A stretch of 64,000 nt of DNA from Candidatus Atabeyarchaeum deiterrae (GTDB lineage Archaea; Asgardarchaeota; Atabeyarchaeia; Atabeyarchaeales; Atabeyarchaeaceae): positions 1,312,001-1,376,000 of the forward strand of contig CP147780.1 of NCBI GenBank assembly GCA_037310415.1. Direction: 5' to 3'. How positions within the stretch are numbered: the stretch's first letter is position 1; each line of letters starts with the position of its first letter. A model generated the notes under the pieces. The model did not search any database. It saw only the letters and a program-made list of their open reading frames with translations, and had not been told where the DNA came from. Shown in pieces: positions 38,205 through 47,356 of this stretch. Position numbers and translations under genes: made by a program.

Positions 38205-38714
38205 CTAGAGTTCGCATGGTATTGATGGCTGCACTTTGAGGGCGACTTTGTACAGATATGAGACAAGTTGTTCGGCTCCGCTTTTTACCTTTGCTGATGT
38301 ACCTACGATGGGGGTTCCTGGAAGATTGATGGCTTTCTGCATCTCAGTTGGTCGCATAGCTTCTGGGCAGTCCTGCTTGTTTGCGGCTACGATGCATGGA
38401 GTAGTTCTTGCATCTAATGCTGTGAGGATTCTTTTGGCTTGTGAGATTGAATCTGGTTTTGTTGAATCTACTACCATGACCAAGATCCTCATTCCTCTTG
38501 AAAGTATCTCACGGACAACGGCGAACCTTTCCTGCCCAGGTGTGCCGAAGAGATGGAGTCTTACACCATCAACATCGACATTTCCATAATCCATGCAGAC
38601 AGTTGTACCCTTCTTGTCGATGTTAATTGCGTTGCCATTCGTCATCAGGTTGATCAATGAGGACTTGCCTGCTCGATAGGGTCCAGTAACAAGAACCTTC
38701 ACTTCTTTTACCAT
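38205..38714 (-). CDS. Small GTPase (MglA/conservon-like)
   Basis: G1 GPYRAGKSS, G2 TTVCMDYG, G3 GTPGQERF, G4 NKQD, G5 SAK. Confidence 0.9.
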   Translation of the reverse strand: MVKEVKVLVTGPYRAGKSSLINLMTNGNAINIDKKGTTVCMDYGNVDVDGVRLHLFGTPGQERFAVVREILSRGMRILVMVVDSTKPDSISQAKRILTALDARTTPCIVAANKQDCPEAMRPTEMQKAINLPGTPIVGTSAKVKSGAEQLVSYLYKVALKVQPSIPCEL

Positions 38715-39014
38715 ATGCAGATCATCCCTCTACTTACAGATGCCTCCAGGGGGAGATCCCCTTTACACCATTTCCCATTTCATAAGCGCGGATCGTGACA
38801 TGGGTTGCTTGAAGAAAGGGTTGTAAGACACTTTTATCTCTTTCCAGTGTCGGTAATCTCTGGATGTTCCGAAAAGAAGATCAGCATCATACCATACTCT
38901 GAAATCGTTTTCAGCCATCTGGTGGAAAAAGGTGATGGCTTCGGCTCGCCAATCGGGAATCGTGCTGAGGAACGATCATGCGAATCTCTTGGCGATCCAA
39001 AAAAAGGAGAGAGG

Positions 39015-39812
39015 TTACTTGAGAAACTCAAACAAGGTATTCATTACTTTGTCTGGTTCTTGAGAGAAGAGTGCATGAGCACTGTTCTCAAAGTACGCTA
39101 TCTTTGCTCCCGGTATTCTGTCTGCTATGATCTTGGCGTTTTGTGGTGGCAACAGGATGTCTTTCTTACCATGCATCACTAATGTTTGCGCTTTCACCTT
39201 GGGAAGCCTTTCGTATGTGTCAAACTTCATGATGGCCCTAGTCTGCTGTGCAAAGGAATCTGGATCAATCGGGGCAATCAGCAATCGTCTGGTCACTTCT
39301 TTGATCAATTCGGGGTTCTTCTTGATGAAGTCGCTGGTGAATAATAGCGGGATAGTCGCTTTAACGACTTGCTCGGGCGGGATACCTTGTCTATTACCAG
39401 TAATGAGGCCGAGGACTTGTGGCGAAGGGGAGACTGATTTGGTACCCCCACAACTCGTTGAGCATAGAACCAGTTTCTCAACTCTGTCAGGATAATTGAG
39501 AGCGACCTCTTGAGCTATCATTCCACCCATTGAGATTCCGAGTATGTGTGCCCGCTTGATTTTCAGAGCATCCATCACCCCGATGGTATGATCAGCGAGT
39601 GTTTTGATTGTGTACTCGACTTTTGTTTTGTCTGAGCGTCCTGCTCCACAATTGTCAAAGATTACCGTCTTGAGTCTCTTTGATGTCTCCTGCAATAGCT
39701 GTGGATCCCACCAATCCGTGTTGGCTGAGAGTCCCATGATCATGACAAGCGGAAAGCCGTTGCCTTGAACCTCATAGCAGATATTTATGTCTTTGACTTT
39801 GACTTTCGGCAA
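39015..39812 (-). CDS. Alpha/beta-fold hydrolase
   Basis: FDNxGAGRS, GISMGG nucleophile elbow, HGKKD, SAH. Confidence 0.92.
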   Translation of the reverse strand: MPKVKVKDINICYEVQGNGFPLVMIMGLSANTDWWDPQLLQETSKRLKTVIFDNCGAGRSDKTKVEYTIKTLADHTIGVMDALKIKRAHILGISMGGMIAQEVALNYPDRVEKLVLCSTSCGGTKSVSPSPQVLGLITGNRQGIPPEQVVKATIPLLFTSDFIKKNPELIKEVTRRLLIAPIDPDSFAQQTRAIMKFDTYERLPKVKAQTLVMHGKKDILLPPQNAKIIADRIPGAKIAYFENSAHALFSQEPDKVMNTLFEFLK

Positions 39813-40019
39813 TTTGATGTCCCCTCAGTAAGCAGATTGTTTGGCATGCTCTGCTTATTGATCGTGGTTCATTGCTTAAATACATTAGACGTCTCATGCT
39901 GGAACGCCGCAGATCTTCCCTTTTCTTGAACCTTAGATTCTAGTGACAATGAAAAATGGGGAAAGGGGGAGAGATTTAAACAAAGTTGTTTGTCCTTGCG
40001 TAATCAGCTTCCCGAGAGC

Positions 40020-40406
40020 TCACTTCTCCTCCAAGGGTGCGAGATTCTCTTCACTTATTGGTCTCTCGCGGAAGATGAATGCGTCTTCTCCATCAGATAC
40101 TACTCTCAGCTCATGGTCTACCTTCTGTTTGTTGAGAAATCTCTTTAAGTACACCTTAAGCTTGGTTTTTGAAATGGTCGGAGCCTCAGTTGCAGCAGGT
40201 ATTTTGCCTTTTCCTTTCTTCTTTTTTCCTCCGACCTTCTTTCCGGTTTTTTGAGTGAATGGTTTTGGTGTTAGTGCAACATCGTCTCCATCTACTTTCG
40301 CATCTACCTTCAGAGCGGCGATGCCGTTAATGAATTCTGCTAGTTTCTTCATTAGGTCGTTTCCGTGTTTCTTGAGTTCGCCGCTTTCGACGAATATCTG
40401 AGACAT
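40020..40406 (-). CDS. rpl22e: Ribosomal protein eL22 (L22e) with Lys-rich insertion
   Basis: ISKTKLKVYLKRFLNKQKVDHELRVVS ~ eukaryotic [27 protein letters not shown]; N-terminal LAEFI; GGAGG SD. Confidence 0.8.
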   Translation of the reverse strand: MSQIFVESGELKKHGNDLMKKLAEFINGIAALKVDAKVDGDDVALTPKPFTQKTGKKVGGKKKKGKGKIPAATEAPTISKTKLKVYLKRFLNKQKVDHELRVVSDGEDAFIFRERPISEENLAPLEEK

Positions 40407-40582
40407 TCGACATCAATCCTCCATATCCAACGACGTCAGCATGGTGTTCGAGCGATGCTGAGCCACTCTGTCTTGAGCAGAGTCCTAAATAAGATTTGTG
40501 TATGATGTCTTCTCCTCTTTGATCGTCTCTACATTAACATCAACATTAACAGTTTTGGGTCGGAGAACTGCACCATCTTCTG

Positions 40583-40981
40583 CTAGTCGTGGGTCTCAGA
40601 GAACAGTCCCCCAAACAGACCTAAGACGAATCCCACGTAGAATCCTCCTCCTAGGAGAATCAGGCTGAGGATGGAAAACACGCTAACCAAACTTGCGGCA
40701 GCGGTCTTGCCTGTTCTTCCGCTCAATGAAGCTAACGCGAGAGAGCTTACGAGCATTATGATTCCAAAAGAGAGATTTATGTATCCCCCCCAGTCTGATA
40801 GAATCTGAATGCTTGCTTGGAGAGGTGACCGAAGAACTTGTGAGACTCCCTCAACGATTACTAGAATTGATCCTACGAGACAGAATAGTAGGCCAACCTT
40901 GTACAGCCTGTTACGCTTAGATGTTCCCTTTATGCCCCCAACCTTCGCTTCTGTCTCTTTGTCGCTGGCGCGCTTCGACAT
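40583..40981 (-). CDS. Small multi-pass membrane protein, hypothetical
   Basis: Four hydrophobic segments, Gly-rich GGGFYVGFVLGLFGG end. Confidence 0.7.
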   Translation of the reverse strand: MSKRASDKETEAKVGGIKGTSKRNRLYKVGLLFCLVGSILVIVEGVSQVLRSPLQASIQILSDWGGYINLSFGIIMLVSSLALASLSGRTGKTAAASLVSVFSILSLILLGGGFYVGFVLGLFGGLFSETHD

Positions 40982-41051
40982 TGTTCCGATCCAACCTTTT
41001 CAGAGCATTTTTCGCTATCGTATTTGACATATTCATACTTAAATGTTATAC

Positions 41052-41351
41052 TCATTTGCCTAGCAGGAAACCTAGCCCTGCTTCGACTACTTTCCGCTTT
41101 ATCTCTTTCAAGTCAGGTTTTCCAACTATCTTCAGGTCTTTCTCGCGGACGGCCACGCTGAACACAGCTTCAACTTTCTGCTCAATCTGGCGACCGCAGG
41201 TGGGGCATTTTCCTCGGAAGAAGCCGTCAAAAGTCACTCTCACATTTCCATTTTCGTTAGTGATGTTGCTGACTCGATAGTTCGGGCCTATATTCCCCTT
41301 CACATACTCAAACGCCGCTCTTTCAGGTGTCGCGTAAGCATACGTAGACAT
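41052..41351 (-). CDS. Hypothetical protein with a single CPTCG motif
   Basis: GAGGCGA SD before ATG; co-oriented with neighbours. Confidence 0.7.
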   Translation of the reverse strand: MSTYAYATPERAAFEYVKGNIGPNYRVSNITNENGNVRVTFDGFFRGKCPTCGRQIEQKVEAVFSVAVREKDLKIVGKPDLKEIKRKVVEAGLGFLLGK

Positions 41352-41408
41352 AACATCGCCTCAACCGACCATTCTCTGGTGGGCCCAATCTCAATCAACC
41401 TCCAACTT

Positions 41409-41711
41409 TCAAGAGAGGTTCTTCGGCCAATCGAGTTCTTTGACTTCAACGTTGAGACTGTTTCTTATTTTCTCTCCGACTTTCTTTAGGGAACTCCCAT
41501 TCTCACTTATTAATAGACACTTCCTTTCCTTCACATTTGCAATCAGAGCCGATTTGTGGAATGGTTCAGAGTAGAAATCATAGTAACTCTCAGCGTCAAC
41601 TCCGAATGCTTCCATGAACAGATCATTAAGCTTTCTTCTCTGATCGCTCTGGCTGATATAATGAGGAAATCCAAAATCCTGTGCCGCTATGTTCACCAGT
41701 TTCTCTATCAT
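41409..41711 (-). CDS. Hypothetical protein
   Basis: Starts 3 nt after the acyl-CoA synthetase stop; operon-like packing. Confidence 0.65.
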   Translation of the reverse strand: MIEKLVNIAAQDFGFPHYISQSDQRRKLNDLFMEAFGVDAESYYDFYSEPFHKSALIANVKERKCLLISENGSSLKKVGEKIRNSLNVEVKELDWPKNLS

Positions 41712-41714
41712 TTC

Positions 41715-43259
41715 TCACGCCGGCTTTCCTGACTTTTTCTTTATGCTAGGTTTCTTCAAGCTTTGCTGCCCCTCTGTGTCGATACCTACGACATTCTTCA
41801 GATACCGCTGATATTCATATAGTTTTGATAGCACTTTGGCTGCTCTCTCTGGTGTCGAGTACACGAGCAAGTTCTTATGTTCCTTGAATCTATCTGCCCC
41901 CCCTCCTTCTGCTGATGTCAAGGTCACAGCAACTATCGGCTTTTCGTACCTGCTAACAAGTTCCGATATCTCTCTTACTAAGTCTTGGTCACCCTTCTCG
42001 AATAGTTGGCCTAATGCCTCAGTACCGCGTAAGTCGGGCAAGTTCGTAGACTTCTTAATGAGTTCTACGAAACGTGATGCACCCGATATTACGCCCAGCG
42101 CAATAGTTGCTTCGGTTTCACTACTCCTCACCATCAGATCAAGGCATTTAATGTGTGCCTTTCTATCAAGTGTGCCTACAAGGTCAACTGGGTTTCCTTT
42201 ACTCCAATATGGCGGGAGTATCTTGTCAAGCTCGGATATGAGCTTCGGTGAGAGCTTGGGAACTTCTAATCCAGCTTCTGAGCATGCGTCAGCGCTGACG
42301 ACTCCGTAGCCACCACCCCAAGTGAGTATGCCGACACGTCTTCCTTTGGGAAGTGGGGACTCCTCGAATGCTTTCGCTAGATCTAGCAGTTCTTCTATGG
42401 TTGATGCCTGGATGACTCCACACTGCTTGAAAGCTGCATCGTAAATCTGCCTGGAACCTGCAAGTGCTCCGCAGTGCGACTTCGCCGCTCTGGCGCCTGC
42501 TTCAGATCGGCCAGCCTTGTAGACTACAATTGGTTTCTTCTTCGCGATCTTTTTGACCACTTCCATGAAATCCTTTCCACCATCGATCCCCTTGAGCCCT
42601 TCTATATATGCTAAGATGACTTTGGTTTCCGGGTCTTCGCCGAAGTACCTGATGTAGTCGACTGATCTCGTTGCAGCCTCGTTGCCCGAACTTACGAATC
42701 GACTAAAACCAATTCCATAAGGTTCTCCCATGTCAAGAAGCTGCGTTCCAAGGTTTCCGCTTTGGGAGACAAGAGCCACTTTGCCTTGCTTTGGACGGAC
42801 TGGTGGCATCAAGGCATAGAGGCTCATGGGTGCGCTGTAGACTCCCATGGTGTTCGGTCCTACGACAACTATTCGACCCTTTGCCGCAATTTCTGCTACT
42901 TCCCGCTCTAACTCTGCGCCACTTTCACCTGTTTCACTGAAGCCCGCCGTTATGACTATGGCTGCTTTGACTCCTTTCTCTACACAGTCTTCCATTATTG
43001 ATGGCACTGTGTTCGATGGGGTTGTTATTATTCCCAAGTCGATGTCTTCAGGGATTACGTTAATGCTTGAGAAGACTTCCTTGTTAAGTATGGTCTTCTC
43101 CTTCGGGTTCACTAGAAAGAGCTTTCCTCGGTATTGACCTGTCAATATGTTTGTCGGGACGATGAAACCCCACTTGAAAGGATTACTACTAGCACCTATG
43201 AGTGCTATACTCCTCGGATTGAACAGCATGTCCAAGTTTCCAAACGGCGATCCCGTCAT
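41715..43259 (-). CDS. acdA: ADP-forming acetate/acyl-CoA ligase alpha subunit
   Basis: [51 protein letters not shown] (phospho-His), GNPVDL. Confidence 0.92.
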   Translation of the reverse strand: [514 protein letters not shown]

Positions 43260-43604
43260 GAAACTCGCTCCATCAAGATGTTTTTTCTAAATAACTCTGC
43301 CTTCCAGTCATAACGACATTAGATCTCGTTAATGAAGGTAGTGACCTGTGCCAAGAGCGCAGTCAGTCTTCTTGAAAACTGATATTTCTTTATTAAAGTC
43401 TAATAAAGGTTGGCAAACTCCAAGAAAGTGGGGGAGCGTAAGGAAATGACCTCATGGGTCAAGTTGTTCCAGTTTCTCCAATTGCTGTATTACCAAAACC
43501 ATTAAATAAATCAAGCAATATGCAATTGAGTGATACTGTTCGATCAGATTCTCAATAGAGGGCAGGGTTTCAAGGGGATTTGAACTTAGAGAGGTAACCC
43601 AAGG

Positions 43605-44561
43605 TTGCAGGAATTTGTGCTCTCTGATGTTGCCGATGAGATCGGGAGATGCGCTTCTCTTTCGATTCTACTTGAGGTTAGTGGATACCCTAAGCCTGGC
43701 AACATTCACCGAAACAGGGATTTCCCCAAGACAAGATATGAACACTTCCTCTGCGGAGCAATAGCTATAGCGCCTGCGATGATCACTTTGACGTTAAACG
43801 GCGTTCTTCTCGGTTTAAATAGGTTGAAATTGGAAGAGATAGACCTAGGCAAACATATTTTCACTGCTATCTCCGACACACAGAGATGGCAACACGGCGG
43901 TAATACTAACTTGGGTACGGTCTTCTTGCTTGGTCCGTTGTGCGTCGCTGCTGGTGCAGCATCCTCCTCTGGCATGATGACTACTGGAGGAATCAGAAAA
44001 GAAGTTGAGCGCGTGATGCGTGGAACCACAGCTCGTGACGCTGTTAACGTTTATGAGGCCATAAAGGTCGCAAGGCCGGGTGGATTGCGCCCGATACCAG
44101 AGTTTGACGTTAACAACGAGGCATCTGAAGAAGATATTCTGAAGAGAAACATTACTCTTTATAGGATCTTTGAATTGAGTTCGTCATGGGACAACATAAG
44201 CAAGGAACTTGTGACTGGGATGAGAGTAACATTCGAAATCGGCCATCCGACTTTCATGAAGACGTTTGAAGAAACACAGGATGTGAATGCTGCAACCGTC
44301 AACACTTACTTAACCATACTTGCAAAGGAGCTGGACACGCTTGTGATCAGGAAGAACGGGGAGACAGCCGCTCATGACATCTCGAAACGCGCCTCTGAAA
44401 TAATAGAAGCTGGAGGTCTCAAGAGTGCAAGAGGCAGGAGAATGGTCCAGAGCTTCGATGATGACCTCTCAAAGAAGAGTGGCAAATTGAATCCGGGGAC
44501 AACAGCGGATCTTACATGCTCTTCAATAATGGTGGCACTACTTGAAGGGTGGAGACCCTAG
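43605..44561 (+). CDS. citG: Triphosphoribosyl-dephospho-CoA synthase (CitG) family
   Basis: LEVSGYPKPGNIHR, NTNLG, DTLVIRKNG, LNPGTTADL. Confidence 0.9.
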   Translation: MQEFVLSDVADEIGRCASLSILLEVSGYPKPGNIHRNRDFPKTRYEHFLCGAIAIAPAMITLTLNGVLLGLNRLKLEEIDLGKHIFTAISDTQRWQHGGNTNLGTVFLLGPLCVAAGAASSSGMMTTGGIRKEVERVMRGTTARDAVNVYEAIKVARPGGLRPIPEFDVNNEASEEDILKRNITLYRIFELSSSWDNISKELVTGMRVTFEIGHPTFMKTFEETQDVNAATVNTYLTILAKELDTLVIRKNGETAAHDISKRASEIIEAGGLKSARGRRMVQSFDDDLSKKSGKLNPGTTADLTCSSIMVALLEGWRP

Positions 44562-44595
44562 CTCGATGAAATCGGCGACGCTCTCATTTTTCAAC

Positions 44596-46572
44596 CTAGT
44601 CTGTGACGGGAGACTGCTCAGTTCTAAGCATAGTGTGACGAGAGTCGCTACCAGCGCCGAAATGCGATACTGGGCAGACTTTCGTGCATAGTCCACAGTG
44701 AGAACACTTCGCTTCATTAATTACAGGGCCACTATTGAGCGTCACTGCTCCTGTTGGGCAGATTGAGATACATGAGCCACATTGGATACATCTCTCAGTT
44801 CGGATGACTGCCATTCCAAGTTTCAGGGCGTTCTGATAGGCGTTTCTCTCGTCAGGAGAGTTTACCACAATTCTTCCATCGCTGAAAAGGTAGATGTTGG
44901 TTTCTTTGCTCCAAATTCTGACTGCTCCCTTAGTTTTCTTAATAATCCCAACACTATTGAGTATGTTAGCTGCTTTCTCAAGAGGTAGGGCGCGGTTAAA
45001 CGCTCCTTCGACGCTCACTCCTCCTCTGCCACACGGTCTCACTCCGCCTACCAACGAGAGGGTAAGTGTCTCCTGTTGATGATCGATTTGTTTGGGCGTG
45101 ACACTGATACCTTGAGCTGCAATAAAGGTCCGAATATCTCCAGGATATCTCCTCCACCTCCACAAACCGTATGTCACCCATCTCTCGTCGTATCCCACCT
45201 TTTTAGCCCATTGTTTAAGAAATGATTCCCATCGATTCCACAGGTCCGGATGTTTCTTCTCAACAATTTTGAATTCAGCCATCTCACACGCAGGACATAA
45301 CCAGCAGCCTATTCTATCCATGCCTTCGAAGTAGAGAGGATTCGGGTCAACTTTCTTCTTCATCAAGTAGAGCCAGACGTGCAGTGACGTCCAGTCGTTT
45401 ATCGGGGATGCTTCAATATTCAATGGAATCCATGGGTTGACCCAAATGTCGGATCTCCTCGCTCTGGTTAGGCTCTCGTACCGTCGTTGCCCCACGAACA
45501 TCAAGCAACCTCCTGGAAACTTGTTCCTTGTTAACTTCACCACAGGAGATAGCTTAGAAGTCTTGCAGCACCATCTGTAGTCCTTTGAAGGCGGACCAAA
45601 CACTCCGAGGCTATTCCAGAAGATATCGCCTGCGTTCTCCTCCACCAAGTCGAATCCTAGTTTTGGAACTACTTGATGAGTATGCTCAACGGTCTCAGGC
45701 ATCTCAAGACCAGTGTTTATGAAAACAGCTGGCCCTTTGATCACGTCGCTAGACAATAGAAGCATGGCCAAAGAATCCTTTCCGCCAGAGAAAGATATGG
45801 CTGATGGAAGATCACTCTTCTTGCTTGCAAGTCTTTCCATGAAGCGCTTTGCTTTCTGCTCTCTTCTTATCAACGTAGCTTCGTTGGATGATATCACATC
45901 CTGCCAGTTTTGACCCCCTTTCTTTGGAGAGGAAACTGCTTGACCCCCAGAAGACGATGATGAAGAACCTCCGATGTACGATGTAACTCTGACAGCTACA
46001 GCTTTCGATCCTACGCCAATCTCGTTCATGACCTTGCCTACGCCGAGTGCTTCATCATCCTTATCTGGAAGAATCAAAACATATTCTCCTTTTGAGACAT
46101 CCGGACCGACCTCGGCGATGTTCGATGAGTAGACGTCTCGACCTCTCAATACATACCTGCGAGCACTATTCTTGATCCTTACATACCTTTTGCCTATGGC
46201 AGAAGCCATCACTCTGGCGCCCTGAGCTCGGGGTCTGAAAACCCACTTCATCGCAAACAAGTCAAATCCAATAGACCCGACAGAACGACCGTTGACAATA
46301 ATATCGTCAAGATGATCAATGGCTGGAGCCTTATTCAGCAGGACAACCCTATTGAAAGGAACAACTTCACCCGTCCCTTTTCCAAACTGCGCCTCAACAA
46401 CCCCACGAATAAGTCTTATGTCATTCTCGAATGCGGGCCTGACATCTGCGGGAGGATAGATCCTGACCTCTATCCCTCTCTTATCGCATACGGTACAGAT
46501 ACCAGCATCCATTATTGGAACATTACACTCAGGGCACCAATGAAGTGGGGCCGTGATTGGAAACTTGGGCAA
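44596..46572 (-). CDS. PAPS-reductase-family protein with N-terminal Zn ribbon, PUA domain and C-terminal 2x[4Fe-4S] domain
   Basis: WCPECNVP..CxxC; SFSGGKDS PP-loop; RWCCKTSK; RIGCWLCP; CIQCGSCISICP and CSHCGLCTKVCP. Confidence 0.9.
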   Translation of the reverse strand: MPKFPITAPLHWCPECNVPIMDAGICTVCDKRGIEVRIYPPADVRPAFENDIRLIRGVVEAQFGKGTGEVVPFNRVVLLNKAPAIDHLDDIIVNGRSVGSIGFDLFAMKWVFRPRAQGARVMASAIGKRYVRIKNSARRYVLRGRDVYSSNIAEVGPDVSKGEYVLILPDKDDEALGVGKVMNEIGVGSKAVAVRVTSYIGGSSSSSSGGQAVSSPKKGGQNWQDVISSNEATLIRREQKAKRFMERLASKKSDLPSAISFSGGKDSLAMLLLSSDVIKGPAVFINTGLEMPETVEHTHQVVPKLGFDLVEENAGDIFWNSLGVFGPPSKDYRWCCKTSKLSPVVKLTRNKFPGGCLMFVGQRRYESLTRARRSDIWVNPWIPLNIEASPINDWTSLHVWLYLMKKKVDPNPLYFEGMDRIGCWLCPACEMAEFKIVEKKHPDLWNRWESFLKQWAKKVGYDERWVTYGLWRWRRYPGDIRTFIAAQGISVTPKQIDHQQETLTLSLVGGVRPCGRGGVSVEGAFNRALPLEKAANILNSVGIIKKTKGAVRIWSKETNIYLFSDGRIVVNSPDERNAYQNALKLGMAVIRTERCIQCGSCISICPTGAVTLNSGPVINEAKCSHCGLCTKVCPVSHFGAGSDSRHTMLRTEQSPVTD

Positions 46573-46592
46573 GCTTTGATGGGTCCTCCTCG

Positions 46593-47141
46593 CTATGTCT
46601 TCAAATATAGCTCCTCATTCATTCTCGGAATGAAAGCCATGAGAACGGCTTGCTCGGTTAATTTGCACCTGTCAAGCTCACCGTGAGAAAGAAAGCCAAT
46701 TGCACCCATCTTCTCACCGATATCTTCTATGCCTGTGAGTGACTCCATGACCTCACCGACTTCCTTTCTTTTGGTTAGAACTTCTTCGACCACTCTTGGA
46801 GGATACTCAAATCCAGAACCACAACCGACCGTTACCCGATCTTTCTGGTCAATTATCGCGGCAAATTGGATGTCAAAGTACCCTGTCAGCGTTTGAGGGA
46901 CTTTCACCAGTCCAGCCTCAATTCCAATCCCCAGTTCTGCACTGGGGACCACCTTCATTGCTTCTTTAGCCCTCTTGATTGCTCCGTTGACATTCTCTGC
47001 CAAACCAATAGGCTGTTTAGGAACGCCTGACTTGACCTCAACAGCGACAACTTCGAATTTCGTGTGGAATAGTTTTTCAACAACGTTGGTCACCGCAGAG
47101 ACTTTCACTGGATTCCGTGTTCCAACGGATAAAGTTTTCAT
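46593..47141 (-). CDS. yjjX: Non-canonical inosine/xanthosine triphosphatase
   Basis: VGTRNPVKV, SGVPKQP, GAIKRA, GIGIEAG, GAIGFLS.G..DR. Confidence 0.92.
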   Translation of the reverse strand: MKTLSVGTRNPVKVSAVTNVVEKLFHTKFEVVAVEVKSGVPKQPIGLAENVNGAIKRAKEAMKVVPSAELGIGIEAGLVKVPQTLTGYFDIQFAAIIDQKDRVTVGCGSGFEYPPRVVEEVLTKRKEVGEVMESLTGIEDIGEKMGAIGFLSHGELDRCKLTEQAVLMAFIPRMNEELYLKT

Positions 47142-47356
47142 AAGTTCTACACACCATTAGAACACACTCGAACTGCATTATATAATGCTTCTTAATAACT
47201 TGAATGAAGAACAATGGCTCATGCAGCGGTCTTTTTGAGGAAATAGTTTATAATCTACTTGCCTCAGATTTCTATACGCAAAAGCATAACGTTTACCGGA
47301 GGGTTCTGCAGCTATTGGGTTTCAGCCAATCTCTTGATCGATATCTTGGAGACAAC

